A stretch of 64,000 bases of DNA. It comes from Candidatus Hydrogenedentota bacterium (GTDB lineage: Bacteria; Hydrogenedentota; Hydrogenedentia; Hydrogenedentales; SLHB01). The stretch lies in assembly GCA_963668025.2 (NCBI GenBank), contig CAXXTH010000017.1:96001-160000 (forward strand). The letters run 5' to 3'. Below, piece by piece: positions 37,528 to 47,155 of this stretch. Both the position numbers and the translations under genes were made by a program. How positions within the stretch are numbered: position 1 is the first letter of the stretch; every line of letters begins with the position of its first letter. The notes under the pieces were generated by a model. It was not told where the DNA came from. It was given only the letters and a program-made list of their open reading frames with translations, and did no database searches.

Positions 37528-40482
37528 ATGCTGGACGCATCAATCCAAGCGCAAGTAGAACAGCTCTCCGAAGCGCTCGTGTTCGCGGAGCTTACGGATA
37601 TGCCTGCCTTGGCGCAGTTGCATACTCAGTTTCAAGAATTAGGAAACTGGGCATTAGCGGCTGACATGCCCATGGTAGTTTCCGCCATGGAAGCATGCGC
37701 AAGCTGCATTGAGAAAATAATACTTGAGGAGACTGATGAGCCCCAGGCGCTCCTGAGTGGTGTGGGAGAAGCGGCCGGGGCGCTCCAGGCCATTGTGCGT
37801 GATGGGCGCGACCCCGCCGAAGTGGCGTTTCCCGCGATATTGGGATTGAATCCGCCTGCGGCTCCCCAGCCGAAAAGAGCGGTTCTTTTCGACGAACATA
37901 GAGAACCCGATACGACGCCCGCAGCAGTGGCAAGCGACGTTTCCGATGATATCATGGCCCGCGCTGCGCAAGCGCCGGGCGCTTCGCTTTCTTCCGTGGT
38001 GGATAACAAAATCTTGAGCGATTTCGTGAACCGCCAATCCAACTCCCTAGAGGAGATGGAATCGCTTGTTTTATCGCTCGAGCAAGAACCCGATGAATCT
38101 AAAAAAGCAGAATTGCGCCGTTATATCCACACGCTCAAGGGTGAGGCGGGCCTGGTAGGTTTCTTTGATGTCGAGCGCGTCTGCCATTTGACGGAGGATG
38201 CGATCAATGAGCATCCCATCAATACGCTGACGGATATTTTGCTCGATGTGAAAGACTGGCTATCGCGTGTTTTTGTATTTTTCTCGGGCAAAGGTGAATT
38301 GGCGGAGCCTGCCGACAGCCTTATTCAACGCATTATTGACCTTCATGGCTCCCCTGATCCCGGATCACCCGAGGAACCACAAGCGGCCCAGCATGAGCCC
38401 GCCGCCCAAGCGGAATCTCGATATTTGACCGGCGCGCCGGATTTGTTGTGTGAATTCGTGACGGAAGCCCTCGAGCATCTGGATAATGCGGACACCCATC
38501 TTTTGACGGTGGAAGTCGAGCCCCATAATGAAGAAGCGCTGAACGCCGTTTTCCGCGCCTTTCACACCATAAAGGGGGTTTCGGGCTTTCTCGATTTGGG
38601 TGATCTCCAATCCATTGCCCACGAAGCAGAAAATCTGCTGGATCGCGCCCGAAAAGGCGAAGCCGAACTTATCGGTATGAATATGGACTTAACCTTCGAC
38701 GCCGTGGATATGATGAAGCGTTTGGTCCAGTTCGTGGCGGACGCCCTTTCCTCCGGTATGCCATTGGCGATGGAAAACGGCTTGCCCGCCCTCATCCAAC
38801 AGATGCGCACTGCGGTGGCCAGCAGTAAAGACGCCGTAATTGCGCCGCATCCGGCGCCAGCCGTAGCGCCAACTCCCGCTGTTCGGGTGGGAGAGATATT
38901 AGTAAGCTCGGGAAAAGTGACACCAATCGAGCTATCGGAAGCCTTGCATGCCCAGGGGGAGATCAGCCATCAGGAGCTGGGCGAGCTTCTCATCAAGTAT
39001 ATCGTGATTACGCGTTCACAGCTCGATGAAGCCCTTCAGGTGCAGAGGGAGCAAGGGGGCGGCCAGCGGCTTGGCGACATACTGGTCTCCCTGGGAATGG
39101 CAACCCAAGCAGACATTGACCGCGTACTCCGCTATCAAAAACAAGGCGCACTGCCGAAAATTGGCGAAATCCTTGTCGAACAAGGCATAACGGCCGCTAA
39201 AGACGTGGCGCAAGCGCTACGCGCCCAGAAACAGGCCCCGCATCCTCAGCAGAAGGTGGAAGTGCGCGAGGCGGTTCGTATTGATGCGGATCGCCTAGAC
39301 CGGCTCGTGGACCTCATCGGGGAAATTGTCATCGCCGAGTCCATGGTGAGCCAGTCGCCGGAATTACGGGCCCGCGCATCCAGTGCGTTGCGGCAGCATA
39401 TTAGCCAGCTAGATAAAATCACGCGGGAACTTCAGGAAATGGGCACTTCATTGCGCATGGTGCCCGTGCGCGCCACGTTCCAGAAGATGGCGCGCCTGGT
39501 GCGCGATCTTGCCAAAAAAGCGAATAAAAAAGTGGAATTCGAGATGCATGGCGAGGAGACGGAACTCGATAAGAGCGTTGTGGACAAGATAGGCGATCCG
39601 CTGGTGCATATGGTGCGCAACGCGGTGGACCACGGCCTGGAGGCGACGCCGGAAGAACGGATTCGGGCGGGCAAGCAGGAAGCGGGCATGGTGCAATTGC
39701 GGGCGTTTCACAGGGGCGGGAATATTTATATCGAAATCGAGGATGATGGGCTAGGCCTTGATCGTGAAGCAATTATCAGCAAAGCTATTGAACGGGGAAT
39801 CATTCGTGAAAGTGATTCGTTAAGCGACCGGGAAGTCTGGAACCTTATTTTTGAGCCCGGCTTCTCGACGGCCAAGCAGGTCACGGATGTCTCGGGGCGC
39901 GGCGTGGGCATGGATGTAGTCCGCCGCAATGTGGAATTGCTGCGGGGCCAGATCGATATCCACAGCGAGAGAGGCTTAGGCTCCAAATTCAGCATCCGGC
40001 TGCCGCTCACGCTGGCGATCATTGATGGCATGGTCATCCGAGTAGGCAAGGAACGCTATATTATACCCACGTTATCCGTCGTGCGCTCGGTGCAGCCCGC
40101 TCCGGAGAATCTGTTTTCCGTCGCCCGAAAAGGAGAAATGCTTTCGCTCCAAGGCCAGTTGATACCCTTGTTCCGGCTTGACCATCTCTTCAAGATTCCA
40201 GATGCGATTCAAGATCCGACTCAAGCGCTTGTAATCATTGTGGAAGACGATGGGAAGCTGGCGGGGCTTTTGATAGACGAACTCCTGGGCCAGCAGCAGA
40301 TAGTGATTAAATCGCTCGGTGATGGCTTGGGGAGCATTCGTGGCGTATCGGGCGGGGCGATCATGCCGGATGGCCTTGTCGGTTTGATTTTAGATGTGGG
40401 CGGTTTGGTGCGTATCGCCAATTCGATGACGGAAGCGCCGGGCAGTGCGCCGTATGCGGACGTACTTATGGTGCGGGCATGA
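37528..40482 (+). CDS. cheA: Chemotaxis kinase CheA with two Hpt domains and MshEN-like repeats
   Basis: IHTLKG and FHTIKG Hpt motifs, VRIDADRLDRLVDLIGE, HMVRNAVDHG, GFSTA..SGRGVGMDVV, C-terminal CheW domain. Confidence 0.95.
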   Translation: MLDASIQAQVEQLSEALVFAELTDMPALAQLHTQFQELGNWALAADMPMVVSAMEACASCIEKIILEETDEPQALLSGVGEAAGALQAIVRDGRDPAEVAFPAILGLNPPAAPQPKRAVLFDEHREPDTTPAAVASDVSDDIMARAAQAPGASLSSVVDNKILSDFVNRQSNSLEEMESLVLSLEQEPDESKKAELRRYIHTLKGEAGLVGFFDVERVCHLTEDAINEHPINTLTDILLDVKDWLSRVFVFFSGKGELAEPADSLIQRIIDLHGSPDPGSPEEPQAAQHEPAAQAESRYLTGAPDLLCEFVTEALEHLDNADTHLLTVEVEPHNEEALNAVFRAFHTIKGVSGFLDLGDLQSIAHEAENLLDRARKGEAELIGMNMDLTFDAVDMMKRLVQFVADALSSGMPLAMENGLPALIQQMRTAVASSKDAVIAPHPAPAVAPTPAVRVGEILVSSGKVTPIELSEALHAQGEISHQELGELLIKYIVITRSQLDEALQVQREQGGGQRLGDILVSLGMATQADIDRVLRYQKQGALPKIGEILVEQGITAAKDVAQALRAQKQAPHPQQKVEVREAVRIDADRLDRLVDLIGEIVIAESMVSQSPELRARASSALRQHISQLDKITRELQEMGTSLRMVPVRATFQKMARLVRDLAKKANKKVEFEMHGEETELDKSVVDKIGDPLVHMVRNAVDHGLEATPEERIRAGKQEAGMVQLRAFHRGGNIYIEIEDDGLGLDREAIISKAIERGIIRESDSLSDREVWNLIFEPGFSTAKQVTDVSGRGVGMDVVRRNVELLRGQIDIHSERGLGSKFSIRLPLTLAIIDGMVIRVGKERYIIPTLSVVRSVQPAPENLFSVARKGEMLSLQGQLIPLFRLDHLFKIPDAIQDPTQALVIIVEDDGKLAGLLIDELLGQQQIVIKSLGDGLGSIRGVSGGAIMPDGLVGLILDVGGLVRIANSMTEAPGSAPYADVLMVRA

Positions 40483-40594
40483 GAGATACCCGCGCACGCT
40501 GGCAGGCGGCGCTACAATAGACACGGAGAAGGGAATTGTCCGGCTTCTTCATGGGAAGGGGCGGATGCCCATATGTGTAAGAAGGAGGCACAGC

Positions 40595-41122
40595 ATGGCG
40601 GAACATAGCAATACGACACAATCAGGTGGCGCAGCCACCAGTTTGCAGGAATCAGTTGCGGGGCAGTACCTCACGTTCAAACTGGGCGATGAAGTATATG
40701 GGCTGCAGATCCTCAAAGTGCAGACAATCATCAATATTATGCCAGTGACCCGTGTCCCACGCACGCCAGAATATGTGCGCGGCGTCATTAACCTGCGGGG
40801 CAAGGTGATTCCAGTGCTTGAATTGCGCATCAAATTCGGCATGGGGGCCGCGGAGGATACCGCGCGCACATGCGTCATTGTGGTGCAAGTGGAAAACGAG
40901 AACCAGGCCTTCACCATGGGCATTGTGGTGGATGAAGTGTCGGAAGTTCTTGAAGTTGCAGCCGAACAGATCGAGCCGCCCCCCTCGTTTGGCGCTGCCG
41001 TGGCCACTGAATTCATCCTGGGTATGGGCAAGATAGGTGAAAAAGTAGTCATGCTGCTGGATGTGGCGCGAGTCCTGTCCGGAGCGGAGCTGGTGGCGGT
41101 GCAGACAGTGCAGAACGGATAG
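40595..41122 (+). CDS. cheW: CheW coupling protein
   Basis: QYLTFKLG, GVINLRGKVIPV, GIVVDEVSEV; RBS AAGGAGG. Confidence 0.95.
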   Translation: MAEHSNTTQSGGAATSLQESVAGQYLTFKLGDEVYGLQILKVQTIINIMPVTRVPRTPEYVRGVINLRGKVIPVLELRIKFGMGAAEDTARTCVIVVQVENENQAFTMGIVVDEVSEVLEVAAEQIEPPPSFGAAVATEFILGMGKIGEKVVMLLDVARVLSGAELVAVQTVQNG

Positions 41123-41381
41123 TGCGGAAGGATTTGCGCCGCCATGGCGTTTGCCACGGAGGAGCGCGAAACCATAGGCCGTCATGCATTAGCCAAAGGC
41201 TGCCGCGTTGGGCTATAATCTTAGCTGATGCTGCGGCTTGACCTTCGCCTGAGTCTTGCGGTGTAAGTAGCCGCACCCGTGGAGGTGTATCATACGAAGT
41301 GCGGAATGAGGGCTTATAAGCAAACCTGGAATAATTGAATAAACCCCGCGCGGGGAGTGTTGTGAAGGAGCCAATGCCGTC

Positions 41382-41873
41382 ATGCAGATGAAAGTCGAAT
41401 ATATTAATCCCTTTATCGAGAGTGTGGATGACTTATTTAATACCATGTTATCCGCAAAAGTTAAAAGGGGTAAAATTGGAGTCACGACAGGTTCCAACAA
41501 TCCGCGCGAGATTGTGGCTATTATTGGTTTGAGCGGCCCGGCCCGGGGAACCGTCGCACTTTCTTTTCCTACGGCGACGGCATTGAACCTAGTCAACCAG
41601 CTTTTGGGCCTTGATACGCATATCGTGGATGAGAGTGTTTCGGATGGCGTCGCGGAACTGGTGAATATCGTGGCGGGCAGCGCAAAAGCGAAATTGGTTT
41701 CAGACAACGCTGCTCCTATTGACCTCAGCTTGCCTACGGTGCTGCGAGGCAATGATTTTACAGTGGAATACCCGTCGCAATCCGTATGGCTGGAAGTGCC
41801 ATTTACAAGTGATTTAGGACCGTTCAGCCTAAGGGTGACGTTCGAGTTCAATAGTGCAAAATTGTCCATATAA
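41382..41873 (+). CDS. cheX: CheX phosphatase
   Basis: EYINPFIES, IIGLSG, DGVAELVNIVAGSAK (ExxN), LSLPTV. Confidence 0.9.
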   Translation: MQMKVEYINPFIESVDDLFNTMLSAKVKRGKIGVTTGSNNPREIVAIIGLSGPARGTVALSFPTATALNLVNQLLGLDTHIVDESVSDGVAELVNIVAGSAKAKLVSDNAAPIDLSLPTVLRGNDFTVEYPSQSVWLEVPFTSDLGPFSLRVTFEFNSAKLSI

Positions 41874-41897
41874 AGATGCAACAAGGAGAATATAGGC

Positions 41898-42257
41898 ATG
41901 AAAGCCCTCGTGGTCGATGATTCCGCTGTCATGCGCAAAGTGCTGATAGGAGCGCTTGCACGTGCTGGCATTACCGAAGTTGACCAAGCCGCGGACGGAC
42001 AAGAAGCCGTCGATAAATGCCAGGCCGATGAATATGGCTTGGTGTTGATGGACTGGAACATGCCGAATCTGCTTGGCATCGACGCGGTCAAAGCTATCCG
42101 CGCCAATGGGAAGACCATGCCTATCATCATGGTGACGACGGAAGCGGAGAAAAGCCGTGTCATAGAGGCCCTCAAAGGCGGCGCGAACAATTATATCATC
42201 AAGCCGTTCGAGCCGACCACGATAGTCTCGAAGATCCAGGATGTGTTGAATAAATAG
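41898..42257 (+). CDS. cheY: CheY-like response regulator
   Basis: VVDDSAVMRK, MDWNMP, MVTTE, YIIKPF. Confidence 0.93.
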   Translation: MKALVVDDSAVMRKVLIGALARAGITEVDQAADGQEAVDKCQADEYGLVLMDWNMPNLLGIDAVKAIRANGKTMPIIMVTTEAEKSRVIEALKGGANNYIIKPFEPTTIVSKIQDVLNK

Positions 42258-42342
42258 TTTCATGTATGCGTGCGGGCGCATACGGCCTTGCCCGAAATCG
42301 GGCCATGAAGAAAATAGGCCCGCTCAAGCAAGGCTTTAAACG

Positions 42343-42828
42343 ATGGAATTATCCGAAGGAAACAGCTACTTCCTGGAACCGGGATTCATTTATTTTAGCC
42401 AGCGCCCTGCCACGGTGCGCACGGTAGTGGGCAGTTGTGTCGCCGTATGCCTATGGGATCGAGAACTCCGGTATGGAGGAATGAACCATTTTATCCGCCC
42501 GGTAACCCATGATCCGCAAGAGGCCACGCCGAAATATGGCAATGTAGCCGTGGCCGCCCTTGTCCGCATGATGGAGGACGCGGGCTGCTCGCGTGCGGAC
42601 ATCATCGCCCAAGTGCTGGGCGGCGGCGCGCCCCAGGGAGCCGGCGCCAATCATCTAGGCGCACAGAATGTGCAAGTAGCCCGTGAATTTCTTGGACGCA
42701 AAGGCATCAGTATTGTCGCCGAGGATGTGGGAGGCCATGTGGGCCGGAAAATCGCATTTGATACCGAAACGGGCCAGATTGCTGTTCTCAAGGTGCATCA
42801 ATTACGGGAAAGTGACTGGTTGATTTAG
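42343..42828 (+). CDS. cheD: CheD chemoreceptor glutamine deamidase (1)
   Basis: TVVGSCVAVCLWD, GGMNHF, EDVGG..GRKI. Confidence 0.88.
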   Translation: MELSEGNSYFLEPGFIYFSQRPATVRTVVGSCVAVCLWDRELRYGGMNHFIRPVTHDPQEATPKYGNVAVAALVRMMEDAGCSRADIIAQVLGGGAPQGAGANHLGAQNVQVAREFLGRKGISIVAEDVGGHVGRKIAFDTETGQIAVLKVHQLRESDWLI

Positions 42829-42921
42829 GAGGACTCGAACGCTTACAAATAGAATGAGCTGTCGATTTGCATGGCGTGAGGCATCTAGTGGCGCTGGATA
42901 GGTTGGCGCAAATGGGGCGAT

Positions 42922-43731
42922 ATGAGCGGACTCAGCAAAGCAACATTCGACTCGTTCCGAAAGCTCGTGTATGAGAAAAGCGGGATTTCGTTAGGACCCC
43001 AAAAAGAAGCTCTTGTTTCCGCGCGCGTCGGCAAGCGCATGCGCGCTTTGCAAATCGAGCGGCACGATGAATATCTAAAATATGTCATGAATGACGAAAG
43101 CGGCCGCGAACTGGTCGAGATGCTTGACGCTATTTCAACCAATACCACGAGTTTTTTTCGGGAGCCGGAACATTTTACCTTGCTGTCGGAGCTGCTCGAG
43201 AAATGGCGGCAGCAGGGGCAGCACCGGTTCCGAGTCTGGTGCGCCGCGGCATCGAGCGGCGAAGAGCCGTATACCATCGCCATGACTCTCTGTGAGCATT
43301 TGGATCCGCGCACCCACGATATCAAGATCCTTGCGACGGACATCTCCACGCGCGTGCTTGAGCAATGCCGCGTGGGCGTATACACCAAAGACAAAATCCA
43401 GACCATCCCCCCCGCGCTCCGGGAACGCTTTTTTAGTTTTACCGGGGTCCATGAAACAGCGGAATTTACCGTGAAGGATTCTCTTAGGCGGCTTATTTCT
43501 TTCCGTCGCTTGAATCTTTCCCAGCCTCCTTTTCCAATGAAGGGGCCGTTCGATGTGATTATGTGCCGCAATGTCATGATCTATTTTGATAATCGCGTGC
43601 GTACGAATTTGATACGGGAAGCATATCGCTTGCTAAGGCCTGGCGGTTATCTTATGGTGGGGCATGCGGAAAGCCTTACAGGGATTGCCACCGAGTTTCG
43701 GACCATTTGTCCGTCTGTTTACGTGAAATAA
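42922..43731 (+). CDS. cheR: CheR methyltransferase
   Basis: TNTTSFFREPEHF, CAAASSGEEPYT, ATDIS, CRNVMIYF, GHAESL. Confidence 0.95.
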   Translation: MSGLSKATFDSFRKLVYEKSGISLGPQKEALVSARVGKRMRALQIERHDEYLKYVMNDESGRELVEMLDAISTNTTSFFREPEHFTLLSELLEKWRQQGQHRFRVWCAAASSGEEPYTIAMTLCEHLDPRTHDIKILATDISTRVLEQCRVGVYTKDKIQTIPPALRERFFSFTGVHETAEFTVKDSLRRLISFRRLNLSQPPFPMKGPFDVIMCRNVMIYFDNRVRTNLIREAYRLLRPGGYLMVGHAESLTGIATEFRTICPSVYVK

Positions 43732-43816
43732 GTTGCATGGGCAGGAAAACATGCAAGGCCGGAATAGAGAATAGAACTAAAACCGCGCCAGCAATATGCC
43801 CTGAAGGAGTTACCTA

Positions 43817-44293
43817 GTGAATCATACGGTCGGGATTTCGGAGATGAAGGTTTCCAATCAGCCCGGCGACGTTATCGTTACCTATTCGCTGGGTTCCTGT
43901 GTCGGGCTGGTGCTTTACGACCCCATCATACGGGTGGGCGGAATGATCCATTGCATGCTGCCGCTTTCCCGAATAGATCCCGACAAAGCACGGGCAAACC
44001 CCTATATGTTTACGGACACCGGCGTGCCGGCGCTCTTGCAAGCCATTTTGGATTTGGGCGCCAGCCGGAAAAGGCTCATCGCCAAAGTGGCGGGCGCGGC
44101 CGCGCCGCTAAATGATAATAGTGTGTTTAAGATAGGCGAACGCAATTACGTCGTGCTTCGCAAAGTGCTTTGGAAAAATGATATCCTGATTTCTTCCGAA
44201 TCGGTGGGAGGAACAATAGCCCGGACGTTATATCTGTATATCGAGAACGGAAGGACGCTTGTCAAGTCTTCTGGCCAGGAGACAGAATTGTGA
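43817..44293 (+). CDS. cheD: CheD chemoreceptor glutamine deamidase (2)
   Basis: VGISEMKVS, TYSLGSCVG, GGMIHCMLP, IGERN. Confidence 0.9.
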   Translation: MNHTVGISEMKVSNQPGDVIVTYSLGSCVGLVLYDPIIRVGGMIHCMLPLSRIDPDKARANPYMFTDTGVPALLQAILDLGASRKRLIAKVAGAAAPLNDNSVFKIGERNYVVLRKVLWKNDILISSESVGGTIARTLYLYIENGRTLVKSSGQETEL

Positions 44294-45150
44294 CACGAAG
44301 GGACGAGATCTTGGAGCGAGTGAAAAGCGTGCCTGTGCTGCCTGCCAGCGCGGTGCGAATCATGGAACTCGCCAGTGATCTTGATACGCCCATCAACGAA
44401 CTCCGCATCGCTATCGAGTTTGATCCCGGGCTTACCTCGAACGTATTGCGCCTAGCCAATTCGGCGTATTACCGGGGAGCGGGCGAGATCAGCACCATTC
44501 GAGATGCGGTGGTGCGGCTCGGGGCAAAATCCATCGTTCAAATGGTGCTGGCGTCGGCCATCGAGCCGCTTGCGCGCCAGCCCATACGAGGGTATGGATT
44601 GCCGGCGGGCGCATTATTGGATAATGCGGCTGCCGTTGCGATTGCCGTGGAAGAGTTCGCCCAAAAATTACAGATAGAGGCGCCGCCTTATGCCTTTACC
44701 GCAGGGCTTCTCCACGATTTGGGCAAGATTGTGATGGGCACGTTTCTCGAGCTGGATGCCGGCCCGATTCTGCAACTGGCTTTTGAGGAAGGCCTGTCAT
44801 TCGATATGGCGGAACAGCGTGTTCTGGGCGTTGACCATGCGGAAGTAGGCGCGGTGTTGCTGGAAGGATGGAATGTGCCCAAGGCGATTTGTGAGACGGT
44901 GCGATGGCATCATGAACCTGGAGGTTATACGCAAGAAGACACCCGTGCTGTCGATTTGGTCCACGTGGCGGATATCGCTGGGCGCTTAGCTGGCTTTGGC
45001 GTAGGTTCTGACGGATTGAATTATGCGCCATCCATTCGAGTGCTCCGTCGGCTGCGTATTACAACCCAGATAACGGAAGAAGTGGTAAGCCAAGTATTAA
45101 TTGAGATGAAACGTCTGGAGCCTATTCTAGACAGAACGCCTGGAGAATAA
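44290..45150 (+). CDS. HDOD domain protein
   Basis: DPGLTSNVLRLANSAYY, AGLLHDLGK, DHAEVGA, WHHEP. Confidence 0.92.
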   Translation: MTRRDEILERVKSVPVLPASAVRIMELASDLDTPINELRIAIEFDPGLTSNVLRLANSAYYRGAGEISTIRDAVVRLGAKSIVQMVLASAIEPLARQPIRGYGLPAGALLDNAAAVAIAVEEFAQKLQIEAPPYAFTAGLLHDLGKIVMGTFLELDAGPILQLAFEEGLSFDMAEQRVLGVDHAEVGAVLLEGWNVPKAICETVRWHHEPGGYTQEDTRAVDLVHVADIAGRLAGFGVGSDGLNYAPSIRVLRRLRITTQITEEVVSQVLIEMKRLEPILDRTPGE

Positions 45151-45154
45151 GACA

Positions 45155-45532
45155 ATGGCCTTGAATATACTAATTGTGGACGACTCGGAAACGGTTCGCG
45201 AGATCATCGCAAAAACGCTATCCTTGGCTCAAGTGCCCATTTCCGAGATTTTTATGGCGGCGAATGGGAAAGAAGCGTTGGAAGTCCTTGGCGCAAATTG
45301 GGTGGATCTCGTCTTTTCGGATATCAACATGCCCGTGATGAATGGCGTGGAGATGATTGAAAAAATGCATGAGGATGAGCTCATGCAGTCTATTCCCGTG
45401 ATTGTGATCTCCACGGAAGGGAGCGCCACCCGCATTGACCAATTGAAGACCAAAGGCGTGCGCGCCTATATCCGGAAGCCTTTCACTCCGGAATTGATCC
45501 GCAAGGTGGTTGATGAAGTGATAGGAGTGTGA
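45155..45532 (+). CDS. cheY: Second CheY-like response regulator
   Basis: ILIVDDS, SDINMP, ISTE, YIRKPF. Confidence 0.9.
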   Translation: MALNILIVDDSETVREIIAKTLSLAQVPISEIFMAANGKEALEVLGANWVDLVFSDINMPVMNGVEMIEKMHEDELMQSIPVIVISTEGSATRIDQLKTKGVRAYIRKPFTPELIRKVVDEVIGV

Positions 45533-45536
45533 TGTT

Positions 45537-45995
45537 GTGAGCGACGAACAACGGCAAACCATGCTGGAAACATTTTTCGAGGTTATCGAGCAAATGGCTT
45601 TCATGTTCGGCGAAGCGGCTGAAATCTCGGATTTGCCGGGCAACATCGAGAATGGCGTGCGCGCCTCCATGAGTTTCAAAGGGCCTTTCTCTGGCGATAT
45701 CAAACTAGCAGTGCCTGCCGGTATTTGCCCTGTCATAGCGGAGAATATGCTGGGAGTAGAACCTGGCGACGAACGGGTCATGGATAAAGCGCGCGACGCC
45801 CTCAAAGAGGTGTTAAACGTGACATGCGGCGGCTTGCTTACCCGCATCGCAGGCGAAACGCCCGTTTTCGACCTCACCGTTCCGGAAATAGCGGATATCG
45901 GCAGAGAGCAATGGTTCGAAATGGCCCAATCCTATACGGTGGTAGCGGGAATCGTGGAAGATTTTCCTGTTCTGCTCGAGCTAAAGATCTGGTGA
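45537..45995 (+). CDS. CheX/CheC-like phosphatase
   Basis: EQMAFMF, AENMLG, DALKEVLNVTCG (ExxN). Confidence 0.8.
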   Translation: MSDEQRQTMLETFFEVIEQMAFMFGEAAEISDLPGNIENGVRASMSFKGPFSGDIKLAVPAGICPVIAENMLGVEPGDERVMDKARDALKEVLNVTCGGLLTRIAGETPVFDLTVPEIADIGREQWFEMAQSYTVVAGIVEDFPVLLELKIW

Positions 45996-46020
45996 CTATA
46001 GTAACATGTATAATATATAA

Positions 46021-47139
<1,119 letters not shown>

Positions 47140-47155
47140 GATTTGCCGGAGCCAT

